Source: Candidatus Omnitrophota bacterium (GTDB lineage Bacteria; Omnitrophota; Gorgyraeia; JAHJTE01). Taken from it: a stretch of 64,000 nucleotides of DNA. Below are positions 20,664 to 29,258 of the stretch, piece by piece. Numbering within the stretch: the first letter of the stretch is position 1; the number at the start of each line of letters is the position of its first letter. The notes beneath the pieces are model-generated. The model had not been told where the DNA came from. It searched no databases and saw nothing but the letters and a program-made list of their open reading frames with translations. A program made the position numbers and the translations under genes. The stretch covers positions 1,332-65,331 of the forward strand of contig JAHJTE010000001.1 in NCBI GenBank assembly GCA_018830005.1, given 5' to 3'.

Positions 20664-20861
20664 TTATCCATAAGGCAGAAGACGCCTTGCCAGCTTTGTA
20701 TCCGGGCCGCTGATTAATGACGTTTTTCTTAAACGTCTTTTGCGATTAGCGTTCTTCTTGGTCAAGATATGGCCCTTACCGGCTTTGTGTCTTTTGATTT
20801 TACCACTCTTAGTAAGTCTTGCTCTCTTTGCGAAAGATTTATTCGTCTTTAATTTAGGCAT
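20664..20861 (-). CDS. rpmI: 50S ribosomal protein L35
   Basis: MPKLKT...SGKIKR...HILTKK...LLPY. Confidence 0.96.
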   Translation of the reverse strand: MPKLKTNKSFAKRARLTKSGKIKRHKAGKGHILTKKNANRKRRLRKTSLISGPDTKLARRLLPYG

Positions 20862-20960
20862 ACAAACCTCGTTTCAGAATAGACTAAAGACACCTGCCTA
20901 GATTAGACAGACTTTATATCGATCTCCAATCTAATTCGTGCCTTTCCTATCTCTTATTTT

Positions 20961-21470
20961 TTATTTATTTGGTGCAAAGACCATGCTCATAACTCTACCT
21001 TCAAAGGATGGAGACTTCTCCATCTGGCCTTCCTTTGACATATCGCTGATAAATTTATCCAGAACTCGCTTGCCAATTTCCTTATGAGCCATCTCTCTGC
21101 CTCGGAAGAAAAGATTGACCTTTACCTTATTGCCTTTCTCCAAGAATTCCAAGGCGTGTCGCAATTTCACCTGATAATCATGGTCTTCGATATTAGGCTT
21201 AACCCGAATCTCTTTAATAAGGACTCGCTTCTGATGATGCTTGGCCTCTCGCTCCTTCTTTTCCTGGTCATATTTAAACTTAGCAAAGTCCATAACCCTA
21301 CATACTGGGGGCTTGACATTACCGGCAACCTCTACTAAATCAAGCTCGCGTTCCTCAGCAAGCTCAATGCCTCGAGATAATTCAACAATGCCCAGCTGTT
21401 CCCCTTCAGCGCCAATCAGTCTTATCTGACTTGCGCGGATACCTCTGTTAACCCGTATGTTCTTACGAAT
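20961..21470 (-). CDS. infC: Translation initiation factor IF-3, probable AUU start
   Basis: IF3 motifs (DLVEV..PPVCRVMD, KEIR, FRGRE); AGGAGGT SD lies 7 nt upstream of in-frame ATT at 21470. Confidence 0.93.
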   Translation of the reverse strand: MRKNIRVNRGIRASQIRLIGAEGEQLGIVELSRGIELAEERELDLVEVAGNVKPPVCRVMDFAKFKYDQEKKEREAKHHQKRVLIKEIRVKPNIEDHDYQVKLRHALEFLEKGNKVKVNLFFRGREMAHKEIGKRVLDKFISDMSKEGQMEKSPSFEGRVMSMVFAPNK

Positions 21471-21472
21471 CT

Positions 21473-23197
21473 CTACCACCTCCTTTTTTCTTCTATGTCC
21501 ATCTTTGCCTTTTCAATAAAATCTTCTATCTTCATCGTACCTTGATCGCCTATGGAGCGTTTTCTTACGGAGACAACATTCTTATTGCATTCCTTTTCGC
21601 CGATAACCAAGATGTAGGGAATCCTGGCCTTTTCTGCTTGGCGGATTTTTTTACCTAGAGTCTGGTTACTTAAATCAATCTCTACGCGCAATTTTTCTTT
21701 GATTAAGCGCTGTTTTAGTTTTTGGCAGTATTCATTGAGCGCATCTTTTAAAGGCAAAATAATCACCTGGGTTGGTGAAAGCCAAAGCGGCAATGCCCCT
21801 GAATAGTGTTCTAGAAGCGCGCCGATAAATCTCTCCAGACTTCCTAATATAACGCGATGAAGCATAATAGGTTGTTTTTCTTTGCCATCTTTACCTATAT
21901 AGGTTAAATCAAAACGGCCGGGGAGAGCAAAGTCACACTGGATTGTAGCGCATTGCCATGTCCTTTTTAATGCATCCTTTAATTTAATGTCAATCTTAGG
22001 GCCATAGAATGCGCCTTCGCCGACATTAATCGAAAAATCGAGGGATTTCTCCTTCAGCGAATCCTGGAGTGCCTTGGTTGCCTCCTGCCACTGCTGTGGC
22101 TGACCTATATATTTCTCCGGCTGCGTACTTAACTCAATGTGTATATCATTAAAACCAAATACCTTCATCGTATCTAGAACAAAATCTATAACATTTTTAA
22201 TTTCATCCTTTAAATCTTCCTGGCAGCAAAATATGTGCGCATCATCCTGGGTAAAACCTCTCACTCTTAACAGGCCGTGAAGCACGCCGCTCTTTTCATA
22301 ACGATATACTGTACCTAGTTCAAATAATCTCAAAGGCAGATCGCGGTAGCTGCGCAATTTAGATTTGTAAATCAAAATATGGCCAGGACAATTCATCGGC
22401 TTCAGGGCATACTCTTTCTCATCAATATTAAAAACAAACATATTATCCCGATAATATTCATAATGACCGGATTGTACCCAGAGGTCCTGCTTTAATATAT
22501 GCGGTGTTATTACCATATCATAGCCGCGGCTTAGATGTTCGTTCTTTTCGTAATCCTCGATGATATTCCTTAACATCGCGCCCTTTGGATGATAAAAGAC
22601 AAGACCGGCGCCTGCCTTTTCATGATAGATATCAAAGTAACCTAATTCTGGCCCGAGTTTTCTGTGGTCTCTTTTTTTAGCCTCTTCTTGGCGCTTTAAA
22701 TAATCATTGAGTAACTTCTTATCGGAGAATACCGTGCCATATACCCTCTGCAGCATTGGGTTTGTCTCTATGCCGTGCCAGTATGCACCTGCTAAAGAAA
22801 GCAATTTAAACGCCTTAATCTCTCCTGTTGATTTTATATGTGGGCCGCGGCACAAATCAATAAAATCATCGCCGGTTTTATAAATCGTAACCTCTTCATC
22901 TGGGATTTCTGAAAGCAGTGATAATTTGTATTGTTCGTTTCTTTTCTTGAATAATCTTATTGCCTCATCCTTGGACAGAACCTCACGCTTGAATTTTTCA
23001 TTGCGCTTGATAATCTGCTGCATCCTGGCTTCGATCTTAGCTAAATCTGCATCACAAAAAGGCTCCTCTCTATCGAAATCATAATAAAAGCCATCTTCAA
23101 TGGCAGGGCCGATGCCAAGCTTGACCTCTGGCCAGAGCTCTTTTACTGCCTGAGCTAAAACATGCGAACAAGAATGTCTTAATGTTTCTAAATTCAT
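21473..23197 (-). CDS. thrS: Threonine--tRNA ligase (no N-terminal TGS domain)
   Basis: RHSCSHVLAQA, DLCRGPH, RDHRKLG, KPMNCPGH, RVRGFTQDDAH. Confidence 0.97.
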   Translation of the reverse strand: MNLETLRHSCSHVLAQAVKELWPEVKLGIGPAIEDGFYYDFDREEPFCDADLAKIEARMQQIIKRNEKFKREVLSKDEAIRLFKKRNEQYKLSLLSEIPDEEVTIYKTGDDFIDLCRGPHIKSTGEIKAFKLLSLAGAYWHGIETNPMLQRVYGTVFSDKKLLNDYLKRQEEAKKRDHRKLGPELGYFDIYHEKAGAGLVFYHPKGAMLRNIIEDYEKNEHLSRGYDMVITPHILKQDLWVQSGHYEYYRDNMFVFNIDEKEYALKPMNCPGHILIYKSKLRSYRDLPLRLFELGTVYRYEKSGVLHGLLRVRGFTQDDAHIFCCQEDLKDEIKNVIDFVLDTMKVFGFNDIHIELSTQPEKYIGQPQQWQEATKALQDSLKEKSLDFSINVGEGAFYGPKIDIKLKDALKRTWQCATIQCDFALPGRFDLTYIGKDGKEKQPIMLHRVILGSLERFIGALLEHYSGALPLWLSPTQVIILPLKDALNEYCQKLKQRLIKEKLRVEIDLSNQTLGKKIRQAEKARIPYILVIGEKECNKNVVSVRKRSIGDQGTMKIEDFIEKAKMDIEEKRRW

Positions 23198-23198
23198 C

Positions 23199-23666
23199 TT
23201 ATTTCTTTTTTTTCAGTCTTAAGCTGCTCTTTAAACTATCTAAATCGGCAATATCCGAGTGCCGCTTTAATCTCTTCTTTGATTTTAGCAACTCATCTAT
23301 CCCGATAATATTGACCTTAATGCCATCAAAGTTAGCAATCTTTCTATTGCGCCAAGCATGCTCAAACTTTACTGCTGGAATGCCCATTATTATATCAACC
23401 CTTACGGGTTCAACGCCTATCTGATAAACAAGATCTTTATTAGTAAAATCCTCAACCGCCACATCCTTTAAAGGGGCTCCAAATTCTTCTAATGACTCAT
23501 AAGTCTTTTTAGCATTCTTTATTTCAGGTTTTATCCAAATGTCTAAATCTTTAGTGTAGCGTGGTTCGGTATAGTGTATAACGGCGTAGGCGCCTACTAT
23601 TAAATACTTAACCCTATGCCTGTTTAAGAGCTTCAATAGTTCTTTGTAATCGTAAGGTTTGAGCAT
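23199..23666 (-). CDS. Small Pol-beta-like nucleotidyltransferase, putative toxin
   Basis: YLIVGAYAV...PRYTKDLDIW and K...R..DIAD motifs. Confidence 0.8.
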   Translation of the reverse strand: MLKPYDYKELLKLLNRHRVKYLIVGAYAVIHYTEPRYTKDLDIWIKPEIKNAKKTYESLEEFGAPLKDVAVEDFTNKDLVYQIGVEPVRVDIIMGIPAVKFEHAWRNRKIANFDGIKVNIIGIDELLKSKKRLKRHSDIADLDSLKSSLRLKKKK

Positions 23667-23817
23667 TTATTTTTTTTCCTTTTAATCTGTAAAAATCCCT
23701 TAGCATATCAAAGCTAACCGTAAAACGTGCACTTGCGCTTTGTGTCTGCCAAAATTTGATGTCAAAACTTCGGCCTGCCTTAGAAAGCGGAACCATTCTC
23801 TCCCATATCTTTTTCAT
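23614..23817 (-). CDS. Small basic protein, putative partner of the downstream nucleotidyltransferase
   Basis: 67 aa from ATG 23817 with AAAGGAG upstream; DIKFW...S...RF motif; overlaps the NTase start. Confidence 0.65.
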   Translation of the reverse strand: MKKIWERMVPLSKAGRSFDIKFWQTQSASARFTVSFDMLRDFYRLKGKKINAQTLRLQRTIEALKQA

Positions 23818-23916
23818 TTTAGCGCCTGCTCCTTTAACGTCTGGTTTTATCATGCAACCACAAATACTCATAATATAGCTTGCGGCTTGGGATAGATTTT
23901 ACGTCGTCACATTCCA

Positions 23917-23991
23917 TGGGCGGTACTGGACTCGAACCAGTGACCTTCACGATGTCAACGTGACGCGCTAACCAGGCTGCGCCAACCGCCC
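23917..23991 (-). tRNA. tRNA-Val(GAC)
   Basis: Cloverleaf GGGCGGTT...TCACG-TTGACAT-CGTGA...GTTCGAGTCC...CCGCCCA; CCA not encoded. Confidence 0.96.
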
Positions 23992-24032
23992 TAATATTAA
24001 TACTTTTTTTCAACTTCTCGTCATACAAGTAA

Positions 24033-24116
24033 TGCCGAGAGAGGGAGTCGAACCCTCACGCCCTTACGGACAAGGGATTTTAAATCCCTATTGTCTACCA
24101 GTTCCAACATCTCGGC
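24033..24116 (-). tRNA. tRNA-Leu(TAA)
   Basis: GCCGAGA...AGGGA-TTTAAAA-TCCCT, long variable arm, GTTCGACTCC. Confidence 0.96.
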
Positions 24117-24133
24117 AATGTTAATTGTAATTT

Positions 24134-24208
24134 TGGAGGCGACGAGCGGATTCGAACCGCTGGATAAAGGTTTTGCAGACCTCCCCCTTGCCACTTGGGT
24201 ACGTCGCC
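24134..24208 (-). tRNA. tRNA-Cys(GCA)
   Basis: GGCGACG...GAGGT-CTGCAAA-ACCTT...GTTCGAATCC...GCCTCCA; U73 and CCA encoded. Confidence 0.96.
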
Positions 24209-24218
24209 AAAAATATCA

Positions 24219-24761
24219 TTACAGAAGCTGCTTAATTCGTTTGGCAATATCTGCTACGTCGACAAGCCGACCCCAGCCAACATCCCCTGATGCCAGTTTT
24301 CCTTTTAGGGGGCCGATAAACTGATAACCAATCTTTTTTAACTTTGCGATGTTCTCCTGTGTAACTGGATGTTTAAACATCACCTCGTGCATTGCCGGAG
24401 CGATTAATATCTTTGCCTTAGTCGCAATAACAGTTGAGCTCAACAAATCATCGCAAATACCTGCTGCCAGTTTTGCAATAATATTTGCAGTCGCCGGAGC
24501 AATCACGATCAAATTGGCTTTTCCTGCCAAGGATACGTGATACTCATCCCATTCACTTTCTTTGGAAAATAAATCTGTATAAACACGCTTGCCAGATAGA
24601 GTCCTGAAGGTTAAAGGCCGAACTAATTCCTGAGCCTCCTTGGTCATCAGGACTATCACATTTATATTAGACTGTTTAAGTATTCGCACTAATTCACAGG
24701 CCTTATAGATTGCGATACTTCCGGTCACGCCTAAGATTACGTTTTTTTTCTGCTTTGCCAT
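24219..24761 (-). CDS. coaC: Phosphopantothenoylcysteine decarboxylase (stand-alone CoaC domain)
   Basis: GVTGSIAIYK, IAPATAN, APAMH, G.LASGD.G.GRL; ends without a CoaB domain. Confidence 0.85.
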   Translation of the reverse strand: MAKQKKNVILGVTGSIAIYKACELVRILKQSNINVIVLMTKEAQELVRPLTFRTLSGKRVYTDLFSKESEWDEYHVSLAGKANLIVIAPATANIIAKLAAGICDDLLSSTVIATKAKILIAPAMHEVMFKHPVTQENIAKLKKIGYQFIGPLKGKLASGDVGWGRLVDVADIAKRIKQLL

Positions 24762-24762
24762 T

Positions 24763-24975
24763 TTAAGTCTTCTTTGTCTTTGCCTGTTTTATTCTGACCT
24801 TGCCTTGAGCTATTTCTTCCAAGGCAATGCTACCTGGTTTTGAACTACTGGTCTTTTCCACAAGGGGTGGAGCGCCTTCAGCAATTTCAAAGGCACGCTT
24901 AGAGGCAAGTACCACCAACTTATATAAACTATTGTCTGTCTTATCTATTAATTTTTCTAATGGAATGTAGGGCAT
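24763..24975 (-). CDS. rpoZ: RNA polymerase omega subunit
   Basis: YKLVVLASKRA...KP...ALEEI; gmk-rpoZ-coa synteny. Confidence 0.92.
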   Translation of the reverse strand: MPYIPLEKLIDKTDNSLYKLVVLASKRAFEIAEGAPPLVEKTSSSKPGSIALEEIAQGKVRIKQAKTKKT

Positions 24976-25564
24976 GCTCTCTCCTGCAATGTTCTGCTAA
25001 AATTATTGACTTTAACTCTTCTATGGCCCAATCAATATCGTTGTTTATTATAATGTAGTTATACTCCTTTACTGATTTAATCTCCTGTTTTGCCAGTTTC
25101 AGGCGGGCGCAGATTGCGCGCTCGCTATCCGTAGAACGCAACCTGAGTCTCTCCTCCAATGTCTTCAGATTAGGAGGCATGATAAAAATAGTAACTGCTC
25201 CTTTTTTAAATCTGCTTTTCTTTAACTGACGCGCACCGCCTACGTCAACGCAAAGAAGCATATCTTTTCCTTTCTTGATGGTGTCTTTAACATATTTTAA
25301 TTGGGTCCCGTAGTTATAACCTAAGACATTTTTCCATTCAAGCATCCATTTCTTGTTCTTATATCTAGCGAAAATATCCTCACTAACAAAAAAATAATCC
25401 CGGCCATCAACCTCGCCTAATCTTATTGGCCTGGTTGTAAAAGAAACAGATTGCGCCAATCGTGGCCGCATGTCATCAAGCGCCATTAGCATCTTACACA
25501 ACGTGGTCTTGCCTGATCCGGAAGGGCCGGATACTATAAATAGCCTTCCTTTGCTTTTTTTCAT
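24941..25564 (-). CDS. gmk: Guanylate kinase
   Basis: SGPSGSGKTT, SFTTRPIRLGEVDGRDYFFV. Confidence 0.95.
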   Translation of the reverse strand: MKKSKGRLFIVSGPSGSGKTTLCKMLMALDDMRPRLAQSVSFTTRPIRLGEVDGRDYFFVSEDIFARYKNKKWMLEWKNVLGYNYGTQLKYVKDTIKKGKDMLLCVDVGGARQLKKSRFKKGAVTIFIMPPNLKTLEERLRLRSTDSERAICARLKLAKQEIKSVKEYNYIIINNDIDWAIEELKSIILAEHCRREHALHSIRKINR

Positions 25565-25637
25565 CTCTTGCTCCTAATTTACACAGATGATCCTAAGATG
25601 TCAGCCTCTTAAAGTAGAATCTGCGTCCGTGCGTGGT

Positions 25638-26468
25638 TTATTCCACATTCTGTAGCTGCTCGCGAATCTTTTCTAACTGGCTTTTAATCTTTACTACTGC
25701 ATATGAGACGAGCTTATCTGGTACCTTTGCCCCTAATGTATTTACCTCTCTCTGGAGTTCCTGAGAGATAAAATCTAACTCCTTACCAATAGATTCATTA
25801 TTCGTACGGCAAGCTGTGCGAGAAAAATTAGCAAGATGAAACTTCAACCTCACAAGCTCCTCGCTCACATCAGCGCTTCTCTTAAAAGAAACTAGCTCCT
25901 CCTTTGACAACCTCTTCTTGGCACGCAGAAATATCTTAGGAAACTCCCTTTCTATAAAGCTTATTTTGCTCTTGATAAATGCGGCCCTTTCTTTTAGGTC
26001 TCTATATATTGCTACTCCTTCCTTCCTGCGCATCTGCACCACAGCCTCTATTGCCATGCCTAAGCTTGAGGCAATAAGGTTCTTCACTGTGCCTGCATTG
26101 GCAGCTATACCCTGCGGCTCCTTGAGAACCTTAGGCAGATTGATTGCTTGCGAAAAAGAAATATCGCCAGAGATGCCGAATCTCCTCTTAAGCTCCCGGG
26201 CAAGGCGTGTATAGGCAGAAATCACATCCGGGTTTATATTAGGGCTAATCGCAGCTTTATTGGTAATATTAAAAGAAACTGTAACCTTGCCTCTTTTTAT
26301 CCTGCCTTTAATTTTTGTCTTTAAGTAGGCCTCTAGCCAGCGTAATGATTCCGGTAAATATATTGCATAATCAAGATAACGATGATTGAGTGTGCGCACC
26401 TGCACAGTTACCTTAAGCTTACTATTTTCTGCCTCTGATTGTCCGAAACCAGACATTCCCCTAATCAT
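25638..26468 (-). CDS. YicC/YloC family endoribonuclease
   Basis: GMSGFG, RTLNHRYLD, GKELDFISQELQREVNTLGAK, EKIREQLQNVE. Confidence 0.93.
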   Translation of the reverse strand: MIRGMSGFGQSEAENSKLKVTVQVRTLNHRYLDYAIYLPESLRWLEAYLKTKIKGRIKRGKVTVSFNITNKAAISPNINPDVISAYTRLARELKRRFGISGDISFSQAINLPKVLKEPQGIAANAGTVKNLIASSLGMAIEAVVQMRRKEGVAIYRDLKERAAFIKSKISFIEREFPKIFLRAKKRLSKEELVSFKRSADVSEELVRLKFHLANFSRTACRTNNESIGKELDFISQELQREVNTLGAKVPDKLVSYAVVKIKSQLEKIREQLQNVE

Positions 26469-26493
26469 GGATCTCTATCGCCCCCTCCCTAAT

Positions 26494-26985
26494 TTATTTA
26501 TAGCGTCCTTTGTCTACATCAACAATGATCTCTTCATCAGAAAACCACAAATTTATCTCCCTCTCGGCATCTGCCTCATTTGCTGAGACATGAACAACGT
26601 TTTCATATACGCCGCCGGTGGTAATGCGTCCATAAGAGCCACGAATAGTTGTCGCCTCTGCCTCCTCTGGATTTGTGGTTCCGGCGAGCTGTCTTACTTT
26701 TTTAATCGCATCCGTCCCCCAGTATACAAGCGCCATTACCTTCCTTCTGTCATGCAGCTCTCCCATAATATACTTCATCAGCTCTGGGAAAAATGGTTTA
26801 TCTTTTAGGTGGCTGTAATGCTCCTGTGCTAATTTTTTGCTAACCCTGACTACCTTTGCGGCCACGATTTCCAGTTTTGTCTCTGAAAGCCGAGTAAGAA
26901 TATTGCCGGTTAAAGATTTTTTTAACCCGTCGGGCTTGATTAAAACTAAGGTTGCCTGGTTTCTTGTTTCTTTGTCTTTGTTCAT
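26494..26985 (-). CDS. ndk: Nucleoside diphosphate kinase
   Basis: TLVLIKPDG, HYSHLKDKPFF, GTTNPEEA, NVVH. Confidence 0.93.
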   Translation of the reverse strand: MNKDKETRNQATLVLIKPDGLKKSLTGNILTRLSETKLEIVAAKVVRVSKKLAQEHYSHLKDKPFFPELMKYIMGELHDRRKVMALVYWGTDAIKKVRQLAGTTNPEEAEATTIRGSYGRITTGGVYENVVHVSANEADAEREINLWFSDEEIIVDVDKGRYK

Positions 26986-27833
26986 CTCTTTAATAGCTCC
27001 GTTAATCGCTCCAAATCATCCAGATTATAAAACTCAATAACAATCGTGCCCTTATTTTTCTTTGATATATTAATTCGCACTTTTGTGCCTATTTTCTGCT
27101 GCAAGTTTTCTTCCGCAGCAAGAACATGCGCATCTTTCATGCTGCGCCTTGCAGATGTCTTTTTGCGTTTAGGACTTTCCTGAATTAATCTTTCTAATTC
27201 CCGCACGCTTAAAGAATTTGCAATTATTTTGTCGAAAAAATTTAACTGGTCTTTTGTAGCTGCTAATCCTAATAAAGCACGGGCATGCCCCATTGATATT
27301 GTGTTTTTACTAACCTCATCTTGAATCTCTTTTGGCAATTTGAGCAACCTTAAAGTATTAGAAATAGTAACCCTATCTTTTCCTACAGAGCTTGCCACAA
27401 CTTCTTGTGAAAAACCAAAGTCATTAATCAAGCGCTTAAACGCATGCGCCTCTTCTATGGGATTTAATTTCTCCCTTTGAATATTTTCAATAATCGACAA
27501 AACCAATGAATCTTTATTTTCTACATCTTTAATTATTACAGGAACTTGCGTCATTTTTAGTATTTTGGCTGCGCGTAAACGCCTTTCTCCTGCAACCAAC
27601 TCATATCCTGTGCTTGTAAGGCGCACAATAAGTGGTTGCAAAATCCCCTTCTCTTTTATGGAAGCAGACAGATCGTTTAATCTATCCTGAGCAAAATTCT
27701 CACGTGGCTGATATGTATTAGATTTTATCTTGTATACTTCAACATACTCAATGGACAATGATTGCTTGGCAGCGCTTTTGGGTCTTTCTGGGATTAAGGC
27801 AGCAAGGCCTCTGCCCAAGGCTTTAGTTGACAT
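26982..27833 (-). CDS. parB: Chromosome partitioning protein ParB/Spo0J
   Basis: LGRGLAALI, QPR, GILQP, AGERRLRA, ENIQRE, HTH, GHARALL. Confidence 0.96.
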   Translation of the reverse strand: MSTKALGRGLAALIPERPKSAAKQSLSIEYVEVYKIKSNTYQPRENFAQDRLNDLSASIKEKGILQPLIVRLTSTGYELVAGERRLRAAKILKMTQVPVIIKDVENKDSLVLSIIENIQREKLNPIEEAHAFKRLINDFGFSQEVVASSVGKDRVTISNTLRLLKLPKEIQDEVSKNTISMGHARALLGLAATKDQLNFFDKIIANSLSVRELERLIQESPKRKKTSARRSMKDAHVLAAEENLQQKIGTKVRINISKKNKGTIVIEFYNLDDLERLTELLKR

Positions 27834-27915
27834 GATATTTCTCCTTACGCTCTATATATGCGTAAATGTCCAATATTATACATTAATTTACTATAACTCC
27901 TTTATTTTCATAGTG

Positions 27916-28683
27916 TTACATCAAATTATTACCCAAAATCTCTTTTGTCAATGATTCATACATCTTGGCCCCAAGAGAATTCTTGTCATGGAATAATATT
28001 GGTTTGCCATAACTAGGAGCCTCGCTAAGTCTTACATTCCTAGGTATAACTGTCTGGAACACCTTATCCTTAAAATACTCCCTCGCCTCTTGTATCACTT
28101 CTTGAGTTAAATTAGTGCGGTAATCAGCCATAGTTAACAATATGCCTTCAATACCCAGGTTGGGGTTTATTCTCTCTTTGACCAATTGGATGCTTTGCAA
28201 TAACTGGGTTAGACCTTCAAGAGCATAATACTCGCACTGAAGTGGTATTAAAACAGTATCTGCGGCTACGAGGCTATTAAGAGCAAGCAGACCTAATGAC
28301 GGCGGGGCATCAATAATAATGTAATCGTAACTTTCTCTTATGGGAGCAATTATCTCGCGTAGTCGAAGCTCTCTATTCTCAGCATTAGCTAGCTCGATTT
28401 CAAAGGCGACTAAATCAACATTGGCAGGTACTATATCTAAGCCAGATATAGCGGTCTTTTTTGAGGCTTCTTGCAGATGTTTGTCTCCAATAAGGCAGTG
28501 GTAAATGGAAATGTCCAGAGATCTCTTGTCAAGACCAATGCCGCTAGTAGAATTACCCTGAGGATCAATGTCCACTAACAGCACCTTTTTACCAGCGGTT
28601 GCCATGTAAGTGGCTAAATTGATTGCGGTTGTGGTCTTGCCTGTACCGCCTTTTTGATTACAAATTGTAATGGCTTTTGCCAT
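27916..28683 (-). CDS. parA: Chromosome partitioning ATPase ParA/Soj
   Basis: NQKGGTGKTT, DIDPQGN, DAPPSLG, QCEYYALEG, IPRNVRLSEAPS. Confidence 0.96.
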   Translation of the reverse strand: MAKAITICNQKGGTGKTTTAINLATYMATAGKKVLLVDIDPQGNSTSGIGLDKRSLDISIYHCLIGDKHLQEASKKTAISGLDIVPANVDLVAFEIELANAENRELRLREIIAPIRESYDYIIIDAPPSLGLLALNSLVAADTVLIPLQCEYYALEGLTQLLQSIQLVKERINPNLGIEGILLTMADYRTNLTQEVIQEAREYFKDKVFQTVIPRNVRLSEAPSYGKPILFHDKNSLGAKMYESLTKEILGNNLM

Positions 28684-28687
28684 ATGT

Positions 28688-29128
28688 TCACTGCTGCCTA
28701 TTTCTTAACTTGGTATTCTTATTGCTCAGCTTAGAAAGAGACAAAGCTAACTCTGCCAACTTCATTTTATCTGGCTGGCGGAATTTTTGCTTAACCTCGA
28801 ACATTTGTCTCCAAATCTTATAGGACTTAAGCTTTTTACCAAATAAAGGAAAATTATCAAAATGCTCGACGACCTTCTCTAGTTCCGAAACTCTTGTAAC
28901 CCTATAATAAACAGCTGGATTAGTCAACCCACTGTATTTTCTAGGGGGCGTTGCTTTTACATCGTAAATTGTACCGACGCCAAAGAATTCTTGGATCTGA
29001 AGGATTAAATCTTTGTCTTCCTCATTTAACTTAATTGCAAAATACAGATTTAATCTATCTCCGTGGCGACTGTATGTAAAAGCAGCTTCTCCTTCACAAA
29101 ATCCCGTTATAAACCAAGGGGTTAGCAT
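28688..29128 (-). CDS. Free-standing single-motif LAGLIDADG endonuclease-family protein
   Basis: WFITGFCEGEAAF motif, LILQIQEFFGVGTI, VEHFDNFPLFGKK...W (I-CreI-like layout). Confidence 0.88.
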   Translation of the reverse strand: MLTPWFITGFCEGEAAFTYSRHGDRLNLYFAIKLNEEDKDLILQIQEFFGVGTIYDVKATPPRKYSGLTNPAVYYRVTRVSELEKVVEHFDNFPLFGKKLKSYKIWRQMFEVKQKFRQPDKMKLAELALSLSKLSNKNTKLRNRQQ

Positions 29129-29152
29129 TTATCAAAAAATCTATTCAAAATA

Positions 29153-29198
29153 TGTTTCACATGAAAATGTTTCCACTGGAACATTTTCACATGAAACG
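29153..29198. promoter_or_regulatory. Three tandem degenerate parS-like sites
   Basis: TGTTTCACATGAAAAT, TGTTTCCACTGGAACA, ATTTTCACATGAAACG versus consensus TGTTtCACGTGaAACA; 15-bp period. Confidence 0.7.
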
Positions 29199-29217
29199 TC
29201 TATCTCATTGTACATCT

Positions 29218-29246
29218 ATATTAACAAAGTTATCAAATCGGGTCAA
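29218..29246 (-). promoter_or_regulatory. Putative promoter for the LAGLIDADG-parA-parB unit
   Basis: TTGACC-17 bp-TAATAT with TG extension. Confidence 0.55.
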
Positions 29247-29258
29247 GTAAAATTACTC

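Noticed and set aside
23834-24324. ORFs 23834-24028 and 24091-24324
   Set aside because: Translations of tRNA genes
28688-29258. Group I intron around the LAGLIDADG ORF
   Set aside because: No interrupted host gene and too little flanking sequence for the catalytic core
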